Assembly: GCA_016197005.1 (NCBI GenBank)
Contig: JACPWO010000002.1
Span: forward strand, 8,483-72,482
Direction of reading: 5' to 3'
DNA: 64,000 nt
Source: Candidatus Anderseniibacteriota bacterium
GTDB lineage: Bacteria > Patescibacteriota > Andersenbacteria > UBA10190
The position numbers were made by a program, and so were the translations under genes. The notes under the pieces are model-generated. The model was not told the origin of the DNA and ran no database searches. It worked only from the letters and a program-made list of their open reading frames with translations. Positions 38,602-48,232 of this stretch are shown piece after piece (within the stretch, counting starts at the first letter, position 1; each line of letters starts with the position of its first letter).

Positions 38602-38751
38602 TCAACTTCTTTTGTTGCAAATTCTAAATATTCCGAAGCGTCTTTATAGTAGTCGTGAGGCGAGAATAAAAAGTTTGTTTTTTGTTCTCTCTTGAAATAC
38701 ATTTATTGCGGTAGCAAGTACCTTCACAACTCCAACTGAGAGGACGAAGAC

Positions 38752-39474
38752 ATGTCAAATCAGAATGAAGTGACGGCGCAATCAAATTTCTCCGACTTGA
38801 ATCGGAACTCGTACCCCGGCCGGGGTATTGTGGTAGGACTTGATCAGGCTGCAAACGTGATCCAGGTGTACTGGATCATGGGTCGCAGCCCCGACAGCAG
38901 GAATCGTGTTTTCAAGTCTGATGAAACCGGCCGGCTCTATACCGAAGCGGTCGATGCGACGAAGGTGAAAGATCCTGCTCTGATTATCTACAACGCAATG
39001 CGCGACCAAGGTCAGTACCACATTGTGAGCAACGGGAACCAAACAGATACAGTGGCTGAGTTTGAGATTCCATTTGATCTCAGCACGGCCTTGAGAAATC
39101 GTGTGTATGAACCGGATCCAAGCTTTACTCCGCGCATTACAGCTGTCAGTTCAAGTCGAAGAAGTTCGGTGAAGATGTCCATACTGCGGAAATCAGTATT
39201 TGATGACAGCTGTGATCGCCTGACGTATGAGCTCACGCCCTCTCCTGGGTTCGGATACTGTATTACCACCTACGCCGGTGATGGTAATCCACTACCTTCG
39301 TTCTGCGGCGATCCTCTGATTATGCCGCTTCGTGGCGGGTCGCGGGATATCCTGGATACGTACTGGCAGGCACTGAACGAAGAAAATCGGGTGTCACTGG
39401 CAGTAAAACTCGTTGATCGGGAGAATGATTCTTCGCATATCTACATCATCAACAAGTACACGCAGATCGGGTGA
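38752..39474 (+). CDS. Archaeal-type IMP cyclohydrolase PurO-like protein.
   Basis: YPGRGIVVG...GRSPDSRNRV...NGNQTD..AEF...PRITAV...YCITTYAGDG parallels PurO motifs (YIGRFLVVG, SRSFPNR, NGSHTD, PRIAVV, YYISTY). Confidence 0.45.
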   Translation: MSNQNEVTAQSNFSDLNRNSYPGRGIVVGLDQAANVIQVYWIMGRSPDSRNRVFKSDETGRLYTEAVDATKVKDPALIIYNAMRDQGQYHIVSNGNQTDTVAEFEIPFDLSTALRNRVYEPDPSFTPRITAVSSSRRSSVKMSILRKSVFDDSCDRLTYELTPSPGFGYCITTYAGDGNPLPSFCGDPLIMPLRGGSRDILDTYWQALNEENRVSLAVKLVDRENDSSHIYIINKYTQIG

Positions 39475-39563
39475 GTCGCATCCCGTCCGAACGAATGTTG
39501 TTGGGCCGCTTGGTATCATCCAGCGGCCTTTTCTTTTTTAACTAAAACCGTAAGGTAGGGGAT

Positions 39564-40160
39564 ATGAGAAAAATTATCGTTCTTACGTTCTTGTCTCTCG
39601 ACGGTGTCATGCAGGCACCCGGGGGACCAGAGGAGGATACCTCTGGTGGGTTCAAATACGGCGGGTGGACTGTCCCATACATGGACGAATTTTCTAGTAA
39701 GGTTATGGAAGAACAAATGAGTCGGCCATTTGATCTTCTCCTGGGTAAAAAGACGTATGAAATATTCGCCGCCTACTGGCCCCATCATGAGGAGAGTTGG
39801 CCCGGTATCAATAGTGTGAAAAAGTATGTGGTCTCGGACGAAGCAATAGGGCTTCCTTGGGAAAATTCTGTGCTCATCCAGCACGATGTAGTCGAAGAAA
39901 TTAAAAAGCTGAAAAGAGAAAACGGGAAAGAGGTGCACGTGTATGGCAGTGGTAATCTTGTTCAGACGCTTCTCAAACATGACCTCGTTGACGAGTTGTG
40001 GCTAAAAATATTTCCTATCACGCTCGGCACGGGCAAACGGCTATTTGCTGAAGGCACCATTCCCGCTGCCTTTACATTGTCCAAAAGCGAAACATCGCCG
40101 AAGGGAGTTATTTTTGCTAATTATCAGCGTGCCGGCAGTGTTGAAACTGGATCGTTTTAA
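39564..40160 (+). CDS. Dihydrofolate reductase-family protein (RibD C-terminal domain).
   Basis: MRKIIVLTFLSLDGVMQAPGGPEED...GGW...LLGKKTYEIF...HVYGSGNLVQTLL...DELWLKIFPITLGTGKRLF. Confidence 0.75.
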   Translation: MRKIIVLTFLSLDGVMQAPGGPEEDTSGGFKYGGWTVPYMDEFSSKVMEEQMSRPFDLLLGKKTYEIFAAYWPHHEESWPGINSVKKYVVSDEAIGLPWENSVLIQHDVVEEIKKLKRENGKEVHVYGSGNLVQTLLKHDLVDELWLKIFPITLGTGKRLFAEGTIPAAFTLSKSETSPKGVIFANYQRAGSVETGSF

Positions 40161-40233
40161 TGTGAGTTTGTAAGACTAGGCTGGCGAGAAAATATTGCTG
40201 ATCCAGCAAAAACGAATGGTACGTTCTCGCTCA

Positions 40234-41691
40234 CTACCATTCGACATTCTGTAGTAACCTCAAGCCTCGTACACGAGATATGTTTGCCGACTGCCAGTGC
40301 GCGCTGTTCCTCTCAAGTGTATCTTTTTCCGCTTGAAGCAATCCTCGTAAAACCTCTTTATCTTCACCTTCCACTTGTGTATATAGTTCAATTTTTGAGG
40401 GCAGCGCATCTGCCGAGAGCTCTCGTATATACGAAACATCAACCTTTCCGGTGCGATTATACTGCTGCATATTAGACCTACTAATAAACGCGTCAGGGTT
40501 TACAAGGTTTACGGCTATCAAGAAAGCTGCGACCGATAGGAGTGCACCAAACGCGAAAAACTCCTCTTGTTTTCGTCTAATGAATTTAACAGCGAGCAGG
40601 ACAAACAATACCAGCAGTAACATAATGAATCCGGCAACATAAAAACGCAGAATAGTCATGCCGTATGCATCAATATATAAAGACAGTCGCTTGAAGGCAG
40701 AAACAATGATGACGGCGACTTCACCAATGAGAGTAAGAGAGGGTATGAGAAACTGGCTGTCTCTTGTTGATTCGCTGCCTGAATACTTCTCGGAAGCCAG
40801 CAGCACGAGAAGTGACAGCACGGCTACTGCTAGCAATTCCCAGAAACCCCGGCGGGCATACTCCGCATATGTAAATCCGGCGTTAATAATATTTGCCTCT
40901 CCACCAAACAAGTACGTAATTTGGAAGCCAATGAATAGTAAAAACAGAGCTGAAATAAGCCCCAAAAAAACGAGTACCTCTGTTTCTCGACCATCCTTCT
41001 TCGTTTTTAATTGCGTGCGGACTGTTGGCTGAGCTGCTGCAGTGAAAAATATATACGAAAGAAAACATAAGGCTGCCACAAAGGCAACAGCTAATAATAC
41101 TGTGTACTGGATTGTACGCTCTGAAATTTGTATATCGATAAAACCGTTCACGAACTGGGAAAAGGCCAAATCTGCTTGGGAAAAGAGCAGTCCAAATATT
41201 GCCAGGGCTGGCACGGCCATCAGTGCACCTTTAACAATACGTAACCACATGTCGCGATGTTTTACCTGACTGCGGGCTTGACCAACTAAAGACACAACGG
41301 ACAACGCTTTCCCTAACATTCGAAACGGTACCAGAGCTACCAGGGTAAAATAGTCCATGAACTTCAGTAAGAACGATGGCGTGCCAACGAGTTGCTGGGC
41401 CAGTAACATGAGAAGGCCAAATGTCGCGCACACATTTAAAAGGGTAAGAAGCGGATTTGCTCGTACGGCTGGCATGAGGGCGAAGAAGGCAATGAGTGCA
41501 ACCAACCACCAACTTTTTTGAAAGGATACCTGCTGACGGAGTCCAAATAAGCATACGGTTCCCACAAGAGCACCTACGAACAGTAATACCGAAATTCCAA
41601 TCAGCTTGTCGAAGAACAAGTAATTGAAACCAATAGCAAGTCCCAAGCTGATGAGAATGAGGTGTAATGCCTTGAGAAACTTCTGATCCAT
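40234..41691 (-). CDS. Polytopic membrane protein of unknown function, with about 12 TM helices.
   Basis: 485 aa with many hydrophobic helices. Sits downstream of an XRE regulator and a DUF2975 gene. Confidence 0.5.
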   Translation of the reverse strand: MDQKFLKALHLILISLGLAIGFNYLFFDKLIGISVLLFVGALVGTVCLFGLRQQVSFQKSWWLVALIAFFALMPAVRANPLLTLLNVCATFGLLMLLAQQLVGTPSFLLKFMDYFTLVALVPFRMLGKALSVVSLVGQARSQVKHRDMWLRIVKGALMAVPALAIFGLLFSQADLAFSQFVNGFIDIQISERTIQYTVLLAVAFVAALCFLSYIFFTAAAQPTVRTQLKTKKDGRETEVLVFLGLISALFLLFIGFQITYLFGGEANIINAGFTYAEYARRGFWELLAVAVLSLLVLLASEKYSGSESTRDSQFLIPSLTLIGEVAVIIVSAFKRLSLYIDAYGMTILRFYVAGFIMLLLVLFVLLAVKFIRRKQEEFFAFGALLSVAAFLIAVNLVNPDAFISRSNMQQYNRTGKVDVSYIRELSADALPSKIELYTQVEGEDKEVLRGLLQAEKDTLERNSAHWQSANISRVRGLRLLQNVEW

Positions 41692-41699
41692 ACTGGTGG

Positions 41700-41903
41700 T
41701 TAATCTTTATATTCGAGAATGTCTCCTGGCTGACATTCCAAGGCTTTACAGATTGCTTCGAGTGTTGACAGTCGAACTGCTCGTGCCTTTCCATTTTTTA
41801 ATATCGAAAGGTTGGCCATTGTTATTCCAACTTTCTCTGTGAGTTCGGTGACACTCATTTTCCGCTTTGCCAGCATTACATCAATATTAATTATAATCGC
41901 CAT
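41700..41903 (-). CDS. XRE-family HTH transcriptional regulator (YozG/HTH_26 type).
   Basis: MSVTELTEKVGITMANLSILKNGKARAVRLSTLEAICKALECQPGDIL. Confidence 0.75.
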   Translation of the reverse strand: MAIIINIDVMLAKRKMSVTELTEKVGITMANLSILKNGKARAVRLSTLEAICKALECQPGDILEYKD

Positions 41904-41912
41904 AGGAGTGTC

Positions 41913-42377
41913 TTAGACCGTTAAATCGTTTTCGGATTTTATCTCGATAACGTTTTGCAGTAGCGCTTGAAGAACTGCCGCGAAGATGGCAATCACAAAT
42001 GAAGCAAAAATAATGACTAATCCGATTGCGACGGCACCTGGAGCATCGTCTCTATCCGCTGCGTAAATTATGAGTGGCATACCTGCTACATACAAAGCAC
42101 TGATTATCAGTGCGCAATATTTTATATTCTTTAGTGCCTTTACAGATAAAGGTGAAAAAGCTTTATTTTTGTCGATGTATTTTAATAGATTCAGAGCCTG
42201 ATACAGGGCAACAAAAAACGGTATCGCCGGTAGATACATGCCTAATAGAATGGGGCGATAGTATCCCGTCTTATCGGAGCTAATCCCGGCAGGTAATACA
42301 AAAATACACAATGCCAGGACTCCTATTCCGATAGCAAAAATTACTCCCCTTAAAAACATTGTTGACCCTCGTTTCAT
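41913..42377 (-). CDS. DUF2975-family membrane protein.
   Basis: Four TM helices. Pairing of DUF2975 with an adjacent HTH_26 regulator is a known arrangement. Confidence 0.45.
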   Translation of the reverse strand: MKRGSTMFLRGVIFAIGIGVLALCIFVLPAGISSDKTGYYRPILLGMYLPAIPFFVALYQALNLLKYIDKNKAFSPLSVKALKNIKYCALIISALYVAGMPLIIYAADRDDAPGAVAIGLVIIFASFVIAIFAAVLQALLQNVIEIKSENDLTV

Positions 42378-42791
42378 AAGCAGTAGTTTAGTTAGTTATT
42401 TATAAGTACATGGTAATTTATGGTTTATCGTTTGTCAATATATTTTTATCGATAAACGAATCTATCCTGTTGTTAGCTTTTTGGGTAGAAACCCTATGGG
42501 TTGTTTCTAGTATAGAATAATGAGATGAAGAATGATCGTATTAAAATCGAAAACCACACCTTCAGCGGAGCTATCTGGGGGATCGGTTGGCTGTTTACCA
42601 TTGGCTTTCTCCACCTCTCCTTTTGGAACGGTGTACTTGCCATCATGATTTGGCCATATCTGCTAGGGTTACATTTCGCGGGTTGAGCTTGGTTAGCACA
42701 GTTTCGTCTACATTGACTTACTACGATGCAGGCGTAGTATGGCTGGAAGGTTAAAATTGCGTGTTCTCTTGAAAGTGAAAGCGAGGAAAAC

Positions 42792-43310
42792 ATGCGAATT
42801 CTACGCAGAATCGGACTTGCTTTGCAGAGGTGGCAAGCGATCTTCTATGTTTATTTTGGACGCAGGTACATATGCGGATGCGGTCATACTGCCAAGTGGA
42901 AAACCGTTCTGACCATCCATGGCCATAGTGGTGTGTACGCTCCGCAGAGTAAGAAACCTGATTGGTGTCCTGAGTGTTGGGCAAAGGCAGCGATCAAATG
43001 TGCTTGGTGCGGAAACACAATACTACCTGGTGATGCGATCACGCTCTACATCCCAACGAAGGAAGATTTTCAAATCCCTGAGCACGCAGTGGTGTACAAA
43101 CGTGAACCCCAGGTGCAGCTTGTTGGCTGTTTAGGTTGGGATTGTGCTATGAGTGGAGCGGATCGAGCTGGTTTCTGGGTCATGCCAGGTAAAGTGCAGC
43201 GTGTGATGTCCCCGATGGAGAAGCTCATGGCAAACGGTGGTTTAGAAGTAGTTGTTGAAAATGATCTCACTGACCCCGCACAAGCAATTCCGATTCCTGA
43301 TGAGATATAA
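42792..43310 (+). CDS. Cys-rich hypothetical protein.
   Basis: CGCGH, CPEC and CAWCG clusters. Confidence 0.35.
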   Translation: MRILRRIGLALQRWQAIFYVYFGRRYICGCGHTAKWKTVLTIHGHSGVYAPQSKKPDWCPECWAKAAIKCAWCGNTILPGDAITLYIPTKEDFQIPEHAVVYKREPQVQLVGCLGWDCAMSGADRAGFWVMPGKVQRVMSPMEKLMANGGLEVVVENDLTDPAQAIPIPDEI

Positions 43311-43453
43311 GGGTAATTCAGTGCTAGCGACAAACCCTGATTGGCTATAGGCCTATCGGGGATTTTTTTAGGTTTCAAATAAGTGTAAAGTCTACCCGTA
43401 GAGTTAAATATTTTACGGTGGCAGACTTGCTGGGATTAGGTAATAATTGGTAA

Positions 43454-44248
43454 ATGATTAAAGTTCATAATCTGACAAAGAAATTTGGTAAACTTGTTGC
43501 CGTAAACGACATTTCTTTCAACGTAAACAAAGGCGAGATATTTGCCTTCTTGGGCCCTAATGGTGCTGGTAAGTCCACCACTATTAAAATACTGACGACC
43601 TTACTCCATCCCACCAGCGGTACCGTCACTTTAGATGGTCATGATGCAGTCCATCATCCTGACGAAGTGCGCCGCTCATTTGGTATTGTATTTCAGGATC
43701 CAAGTGTCGACGATGAACTAACTGCCTGGGAAAATATGGAATTTCATGGCGTGTTATATGGTATGCCAACAAAAGTGCGAAGAGAGCGGATTGATCAACT
43801 GCTGACATTTGTTGAATTGTCGGATCGTAAGGATAGTTTAGTTAAAGAATTTTCTGGAGGGATGAAGCGGAGGCTGGAAATTGCTCGAGGATTGCTTCAT
43901 CATCCAAAAGTAATTTTCCTTGATGAGCCAACACTTGGTCTTGATCCGCAAACGAGAAACCACATGTGGAGTTACCTAAAAAATCTTAACCAGCAAGAAG
44001 GAACAACCGTTTTCTTTACAACTCACTACATGGAAGAAGCTGATCGAGTAGCAGACAAAGTGGCTGTAATTGATCACGGTAAAATTGTCGCTCAAGGGAC
44101 AACGGATGAAATAAAGCAGCAAGCCGGGGTGGATAATTTGGAAGAGGCTTTTATTAAACTTACCGGCCACGCCATTCGGACAGAAGAAGTGGGGGCGGTA
44201 GACCGTCTGCGGGCGCAAAGCCAAATGTGGCGAGGGAGGAGAAAATAA
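43454..44248 (+). CDS. ABC transporter ATP-binding protein (DrrA-like).
   Basis: GPNGAGKST, LSGGMKRRLEIARGL, IFLDEPTLGLD. Confidence 0.85.
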   Translation: MIKVHNLTKKFGKLVAVNDISFNVNKGEIFAFLGPNGAGKSTTIKILTTLLHPTSGTVTLDGHDAVHHPDEVRRSFGIVFQDPSVDDELTAWENMEFHGVLYGMPTKVRRERIDQLLTFVELSDRKDSLVKEFSGGMKRRLEIARGLLHHPKVIFLDEPTLGLDPQTRNHMWSYLKNLNQQEGTTVFFTTHYMEEADRVADKVAVIDHGKIVAQGTTDEIKQQAGVDNLEEAFIKLTGHAIRTEEVGAVDRLRAQSQMWRGRRK

Positions 44249-44250
44249 CT

Positions 44251-45003
44251 ATGAGACTCGAAGTACTCTATATTTTGTGGTTGCGTCAGTTGAAGCGATA
44301 TATTCGCTCACGGGCACGCATTATCGGCTCTCTCGGCCAGCCAATCCTTTTCCTCGTTGCTCTTGGTTTCGGCTTTGGCCCTATTTTTGAGCAGGCTGGT
44401 GGTGGTAACTACATCCAGTTTTTAGCGCCCGGCGTAATTGCAATGAGCATTCTTTTTACAGCAATGTTTTCCGGTATTGAGGTTATCTGGGATAGGCAGT
44501 TTGGGTTCTTAAAAGAAACATTAGTGGCCCCCGTTTCACGTTTAGATATCATGATTGGCCGTACGCTGGGCGGAGCGACTGTTTCTGTCATTCAAGGAAT
44601 TATTGTCTTAGGTATTACGTTGATAGTTGGATTTCGACCAACTCATCTTCTACTGCTGCCAGTAAGCTTAGGTTTTATGATCTTAATTGGTGTCTTTTTT
44701 ACGGCGCTCGGTACGGCTATTGCCTCTAAGTTACAAGACATGCAGGGGTTCCAACTTATTATGAACTTTTTGATTATGCCAACCTTCTTCTTATCTGGCG
44801 CACTCTTTCCACTCGAAGGGTTACCGGGAGCACTGTCTATTATTACAAAGCTCAATCCACTGGCATACGGAGTTGATGGGCTGCGGGGTACTCTTATTAA
44901 TCAATCACATCTAGGGATATCTACTGATTTTATTGTGATGGGTGTTCTTACGGCTATCGTTCTGTGGATTGGTACTTATCTTTTCTCAAAAATTGAGGCG
45001 TAA
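44251..45003 (+). CDS. ABC-2 type transporter permease.
   Basis: Six TM helices. Start set at MRLEVLY, after a GGGAGGAG RBS and the ATPase stop. Confidence 0.7.
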   Translation: MRLEVLYILWLRQLKRYIRSRARIIGSLGQPILFLVALGFGFGPIFEQAGGGNYIQFLAPGVIAMSILFTAMFSGIEVIWDRQFGFLKETLVAPVSRLDIMIGRTLGGATVSVIQGIIVLGITLIVGFRPTHLLLLPVSLGFMILIGVFFTALGTAIASKLQDMQGFQLIMNFLIMPTFFLSGALFPLEGLPGALSIITKLNPLAYGVDGLRGTLINQSHLGISTDFIVMGVLTAIVLWIGTYLFSKIEA

Positions 45004-45064
45004 GAATAGGTCGTACTAGTAAAAAAATTCCTCCTACTTTAATGAATGGGAGTATAGTTAAGCA

Positions 45065-46102
45065 ATGAAATTTTATCTGCGATATATCACTGCCCTCGTA
45101 TTTCTTCTGGCAGCTGCTTACTACATTCCTTCAGTCGCTACGGCCCACGAAGTGTATGTGCTTGACCATAATGAGATTAGTGAAGGTCTGTCTGCTCCTC
45201 GTTCGGATTTTGTCCAAACGGTACAAAACCATCTCTCGCAGTTCATTATCTCAGGTTTAGTAGCTGTTCTTCTCGTACTGGGCGTGTATGGTATCTCTCA
45301 TATCACATTTATCGAAAAAACATTTGATCCATTTTTATATAGAATGAAACGCTTTGCCCCTCACATAACCCAAGGCACGCTTGGGTTGGCACTTGTGAGT
45401 GGTGGGTTTTTCCAAGCTGCCTTTGGCCCTGAACTCCCACTGTCGGATATCTTTGGCTCAGCTGCTGGGGTGTTTCAGTACATCTATATCATTCTTGGTG
45501 CTTGTATTTTATTTGGCATATATCCGCGTATTGCTAGTACGGTGACATTCTTTCTGTTGCTTCCTCTGATAGTTGTCTACAAAACATACATATTGAATTA
45601 CGGCACCTATTTCGGAGAAGCATTAGCGCTCGCATTGTTTGGTGGCGGGTATGCTCTGGTGAAAGCAAAAACACCGGCTTTTGAAAAAAATATTGAGCGC
45701 CATGTACATAAATATAAGTTTTTGTTACTTCGAATTGCCTTCGGTACCTCTCTTCTGTATGCCTCGGCGTATGCAAAATATATTCACGGTGGTTTAGCGA
45801 TCCTGACCGTTACAAGATACCACCTTACTCAGTACATTCCCTTTGACGCTGACTTCGTGGTGCTCGGTGCGTTCATTACGGAGCTGCTCATTGGCCTCTT
45901 CTTTCTCATTGGATTTGAGATACGATTTACTTCACTCCTTTTCTTATTCTTTCTTACGCTGTCCATTTTGTTCTTCGGCGAGGCGGTCTGGCCACATATT
46001 ATTCTCATCGGAACATCACTCGCAATGTTCACTCATGGCTATGACCGATATACAGTAGTGGCGAAAATTTCTCAGCGCAAAGACCTTGAACCAGTATTAT
46101 AG
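45065..46102 (+). CDS. Hypothetical polytopic membrane protein.
   Basis: 345 aa with about 8 TM helices. Confidence 0.45.
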   Translation: MKFYLRYITALVFLLAAAYYIPSVATAHEVYVLDHNEISEGLSAPRSDFVQTVQNHLSQFIISGLVAVLLVLGVYGISHITFIEKTFDPFLYRMKRFAPHITQGTLGLALVSGGFFQAAFGPELPLSDIFGSAAGVFQYIYIILGACILFGIYPRIASTVTFFLLLPLIVVYKTYILNYGTYFGEALALALFGGGYALVKAKTPAFEKNIERHVHKYKFLLLRIAFGTSLLYASAYAKYIHGGLAILTVTRYHLTQYIPFDADFVVLGAFITELLIGLFFLIGFEIRFTSLLFLFFLTLSILFFGEAVWPHIILIGTSLAMFTHGYDRYTVVAKISQRKDLEPVL

Positions 46103-46410
46103 GGAGTGGTGGCGATAATATACTAGGCAGCTCGACGAAAATATCCAGCTATCTTTTGTCCGCCCTTACGGATGTATGCACCAATCCAAATTTGCTTGCG
46201 ACTGCCGGTTTTGGGGCGCCGAGTAGTATCGCTGCCTGAGAATTTATGACTGTGTGATCGCTTTGCTCGTTTGTGCCAGACGCCAGCGTGAGCGATAGAT
46301 ACTAATAAGTACTTGACTGGGGTGTGGGGCGTGGGAAGAGGAAGAATATTTCCGAGAGTTACTAGGTTTCATTACCGGTAATCATACTTCACAATCTGTT
46401 GAAACTCCCC

Positions 46411-46629
46411 TTAAAGTCCGAGTTGGCCGGTGAGTGAAGTGACGTACGTGTTAAGGAAGAAGGGGATCGCAAATACGAGGCCAATAAGAGGAAGTACAAA
46501 AGCGATAATGGATAGAATGAGAGTCCACAAGAATAGCTTGCGAGTTTTTTCAGTGCTGACATATATTTTTTCGAGCATCTCTTGAGTATTCTGTGCTGGT
46601 GCTACGTTGGGGTTGTTAGTATCAGTCAT
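46411..46629 (-). CDS. Small two-TM membrane protein.
   Basis: 72 aa. LFLWTLILSIIAFVLPLIGLVFAIPFFL. Confidence 0.3.
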   Translation of the reverse strand: MTDTNNPNVAPAQNTQEMLEKIYVSTEKTRKLFLWTLILSIIAFVLPLIGLVFAIPFFLNTYVTSLTGQLGL

Positions 46630-46708
46630 CAGTAATTAGTGTACATCATTCGGAAAAAATATCCTGAAAGGGGTAGCGACCCCCTCCTATTATTGGTAGG
46701 GTAAAAGT

Positions 46709-47137
46709 ATGCACCAAGAGTTAGTGGCAAAGGCATCCATTGTCATTCAAGCTCCTCTATCTGAAGTATGGAATGCTCTTATAACCCCGGAGAAGATAAA
46801 ACAGTATATGTTCGGTACCAATGTTGTTTCCGACTGGAAAGAAGGGAGTTCAATTGTATGGAAAGGCGAATGGGAAGGGAAATCGTACGAAGATAAAGGA
46901 AAAGTCTTGAAAATAGAACCAAAGAGATTGCTCCAATATAGCCACATAAGTCCGATTGCGGGGGAGAAGGATTCACCGGAAAATTATCATACAGTAACCA
47001 TTGAGCTTTCTGGCGACGAAGCAGAAACAACTATTTCTCTTTCTCAAGATAACAATAAAACCGAAGAGGCTCGTGAGCATTCCGAAAAGAACTGGCATGG
47101 GATGCTTAAGGGAATGAAGAAGTTACTCGAGAAATAA
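46709..47137 (+). CDS. SRPBCC (AHSA1-like) domain protein.
   Basis: ASIVIQAPLSEVWNALITPEKIKQYMFG. Confidence 0.6.
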   Translation: MHQELVAKASIVIQAPLSEVWNALITPEKIKQYMFGTNVVSDWKEGSSIVWKGEWEGKSYEDKGKVLKIEPKRLLQYSHISPIAGEKDSPENYHTVTIELSGDEAETTISLSQDNNKTEEAREHSEKNWHGMLKGMKKLLEK

Positions 47138-47160
47138 TTTTTAATTATTAACTAAACCAT

Positions 47161-47574
47161 ATGAAAATGAATCCTGTAGTCCATTTTGAAATGCCATACG
47201 CCGATGGTCAGCGCATGGCAGATTTTTATACCGAAGCATTTGGTTGGAAGGCACAAATGCTCGGGCCTGAAATGGGCAGTTATGTCGTCGTTGAAACTTC
47301 AGAAACGGATGAGAAAACAAAATTCCCTAAGGAGCCGGGAAGAATCAATGGTGGTTTTTTCAAGAAGACGAAAGAAACCACTCAATACCCATCGGTGGTA
47401 ATTGGAGTGGAAGACATTAGAAAAGCAATGAAAAAAGTTGAAGAAGCGGGTGGCAAAGTACTCGGCGGCCAAAAGCCTGGAGAACCTGACGATATTCCGG
47501 GTATTGGGTTATATGTGTCGTTTATAGATACTGAAGGTAATAAGATCGGCATGTTACAGCCGACAGGAATGTAA
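47161..47574 (+). CDS. VOC/glyoxalase-family protein.
   Basis: VVHFEMPYADGQRMADFYTEAFGW...GLYVSFIDTEGNKIGMLQP. Confidence 0.65.
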   Translation: MKMNPVVHFEMPYADGQRMADFYTEAFGWKAQMLGPEMGSYVVVETSETDEKTKFPKEPGRINGGFFKKTKETTQYPSVVIGVEDIRKAMKKVEEAGGKVLGGQKPGEPDDIPGIGLYVSFIDTEGNKIGMLQPTGM

Positions 47575-47634
47575 GTTAACCTGTTTTGCATAAGGCGAAA
47601 TAAAAAAACCGACTCGAGAACTTCGAATCGGCCG

Positions 47635-48132
47635 CTAGTATGTCTGATCTCCGAGAAGAACATGCACAAAGTCATTGCAGGGGTTAGGATCTTGGCATTT
47701 TACAAATCCATTTCCTTGCCAGAATGATTCGTTCTCGCCGCTGACTTGCGTGGCACGCATTTCGCCTAGGCCATTATCTGTTGCCCATGCAAGGAGTGTT
47801 TGTATTGCCTGACTGCCAAAGCCCTTACCACACTGACTTTTTGGCAATGTTGTCATATTGGTGATGACTACGTCCGAATCCGTCTGATGATCCTTTAGAA
47901 GGAAAATAACAGTTACAATAGCGCCTTCAAAGGCGAACTGGATGGAGTAAGAAAGCTCTGCTATTACAGAGCTTTCTTCAGGTTCAACAGTTGCGCCATA
48001 TTCTGTAAGGCGTTGGGCAAGTGCATTCATTTCTAACCTCACTGTCTTAATGTATTCAGCCCACCTTCTAATATCTTTAGCCATGGAACGTATTCCTTTT
48101 GGAAAGAGCTGCTTGTCGACTTGACCCACCAT
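47635..48132 (-). CDS. GNAT-family N-acetyltransferase.
   Basis: TLPKSQCGKGFGSQAIQTLLAWA (acetyl-CoA-binding motif A). Start trimmed to an internal Met; the upstream part of the track ORF is antisense to the ABC-F gene. Confidence 0.65.
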   Translation of the reverse strand: MVGQVDKQLFPKGIRSMAKDIRRWAEYIKTVRLEMNALAQRLTEYGATVEPEESSVIAELSYSIQFAFEGAIVTVIFLLKDHQTDSDVVITNMTTLPKSQCGKGFGSQAIQTLLAWATDNGLGEMRATQVSGENESFWQGNGFVKCQDPNPCNDFVHVLLGDQTY

Positions 48133-48232
48133 ATTGAGAGGTTTGAAGACTCTAGTCAATTCTACTAAGGCAAGCCCTCTATCTACTCCTTGACCAACGA
48201 TGATCTTAAATGGTCTATTGGTTGTTACGTCT

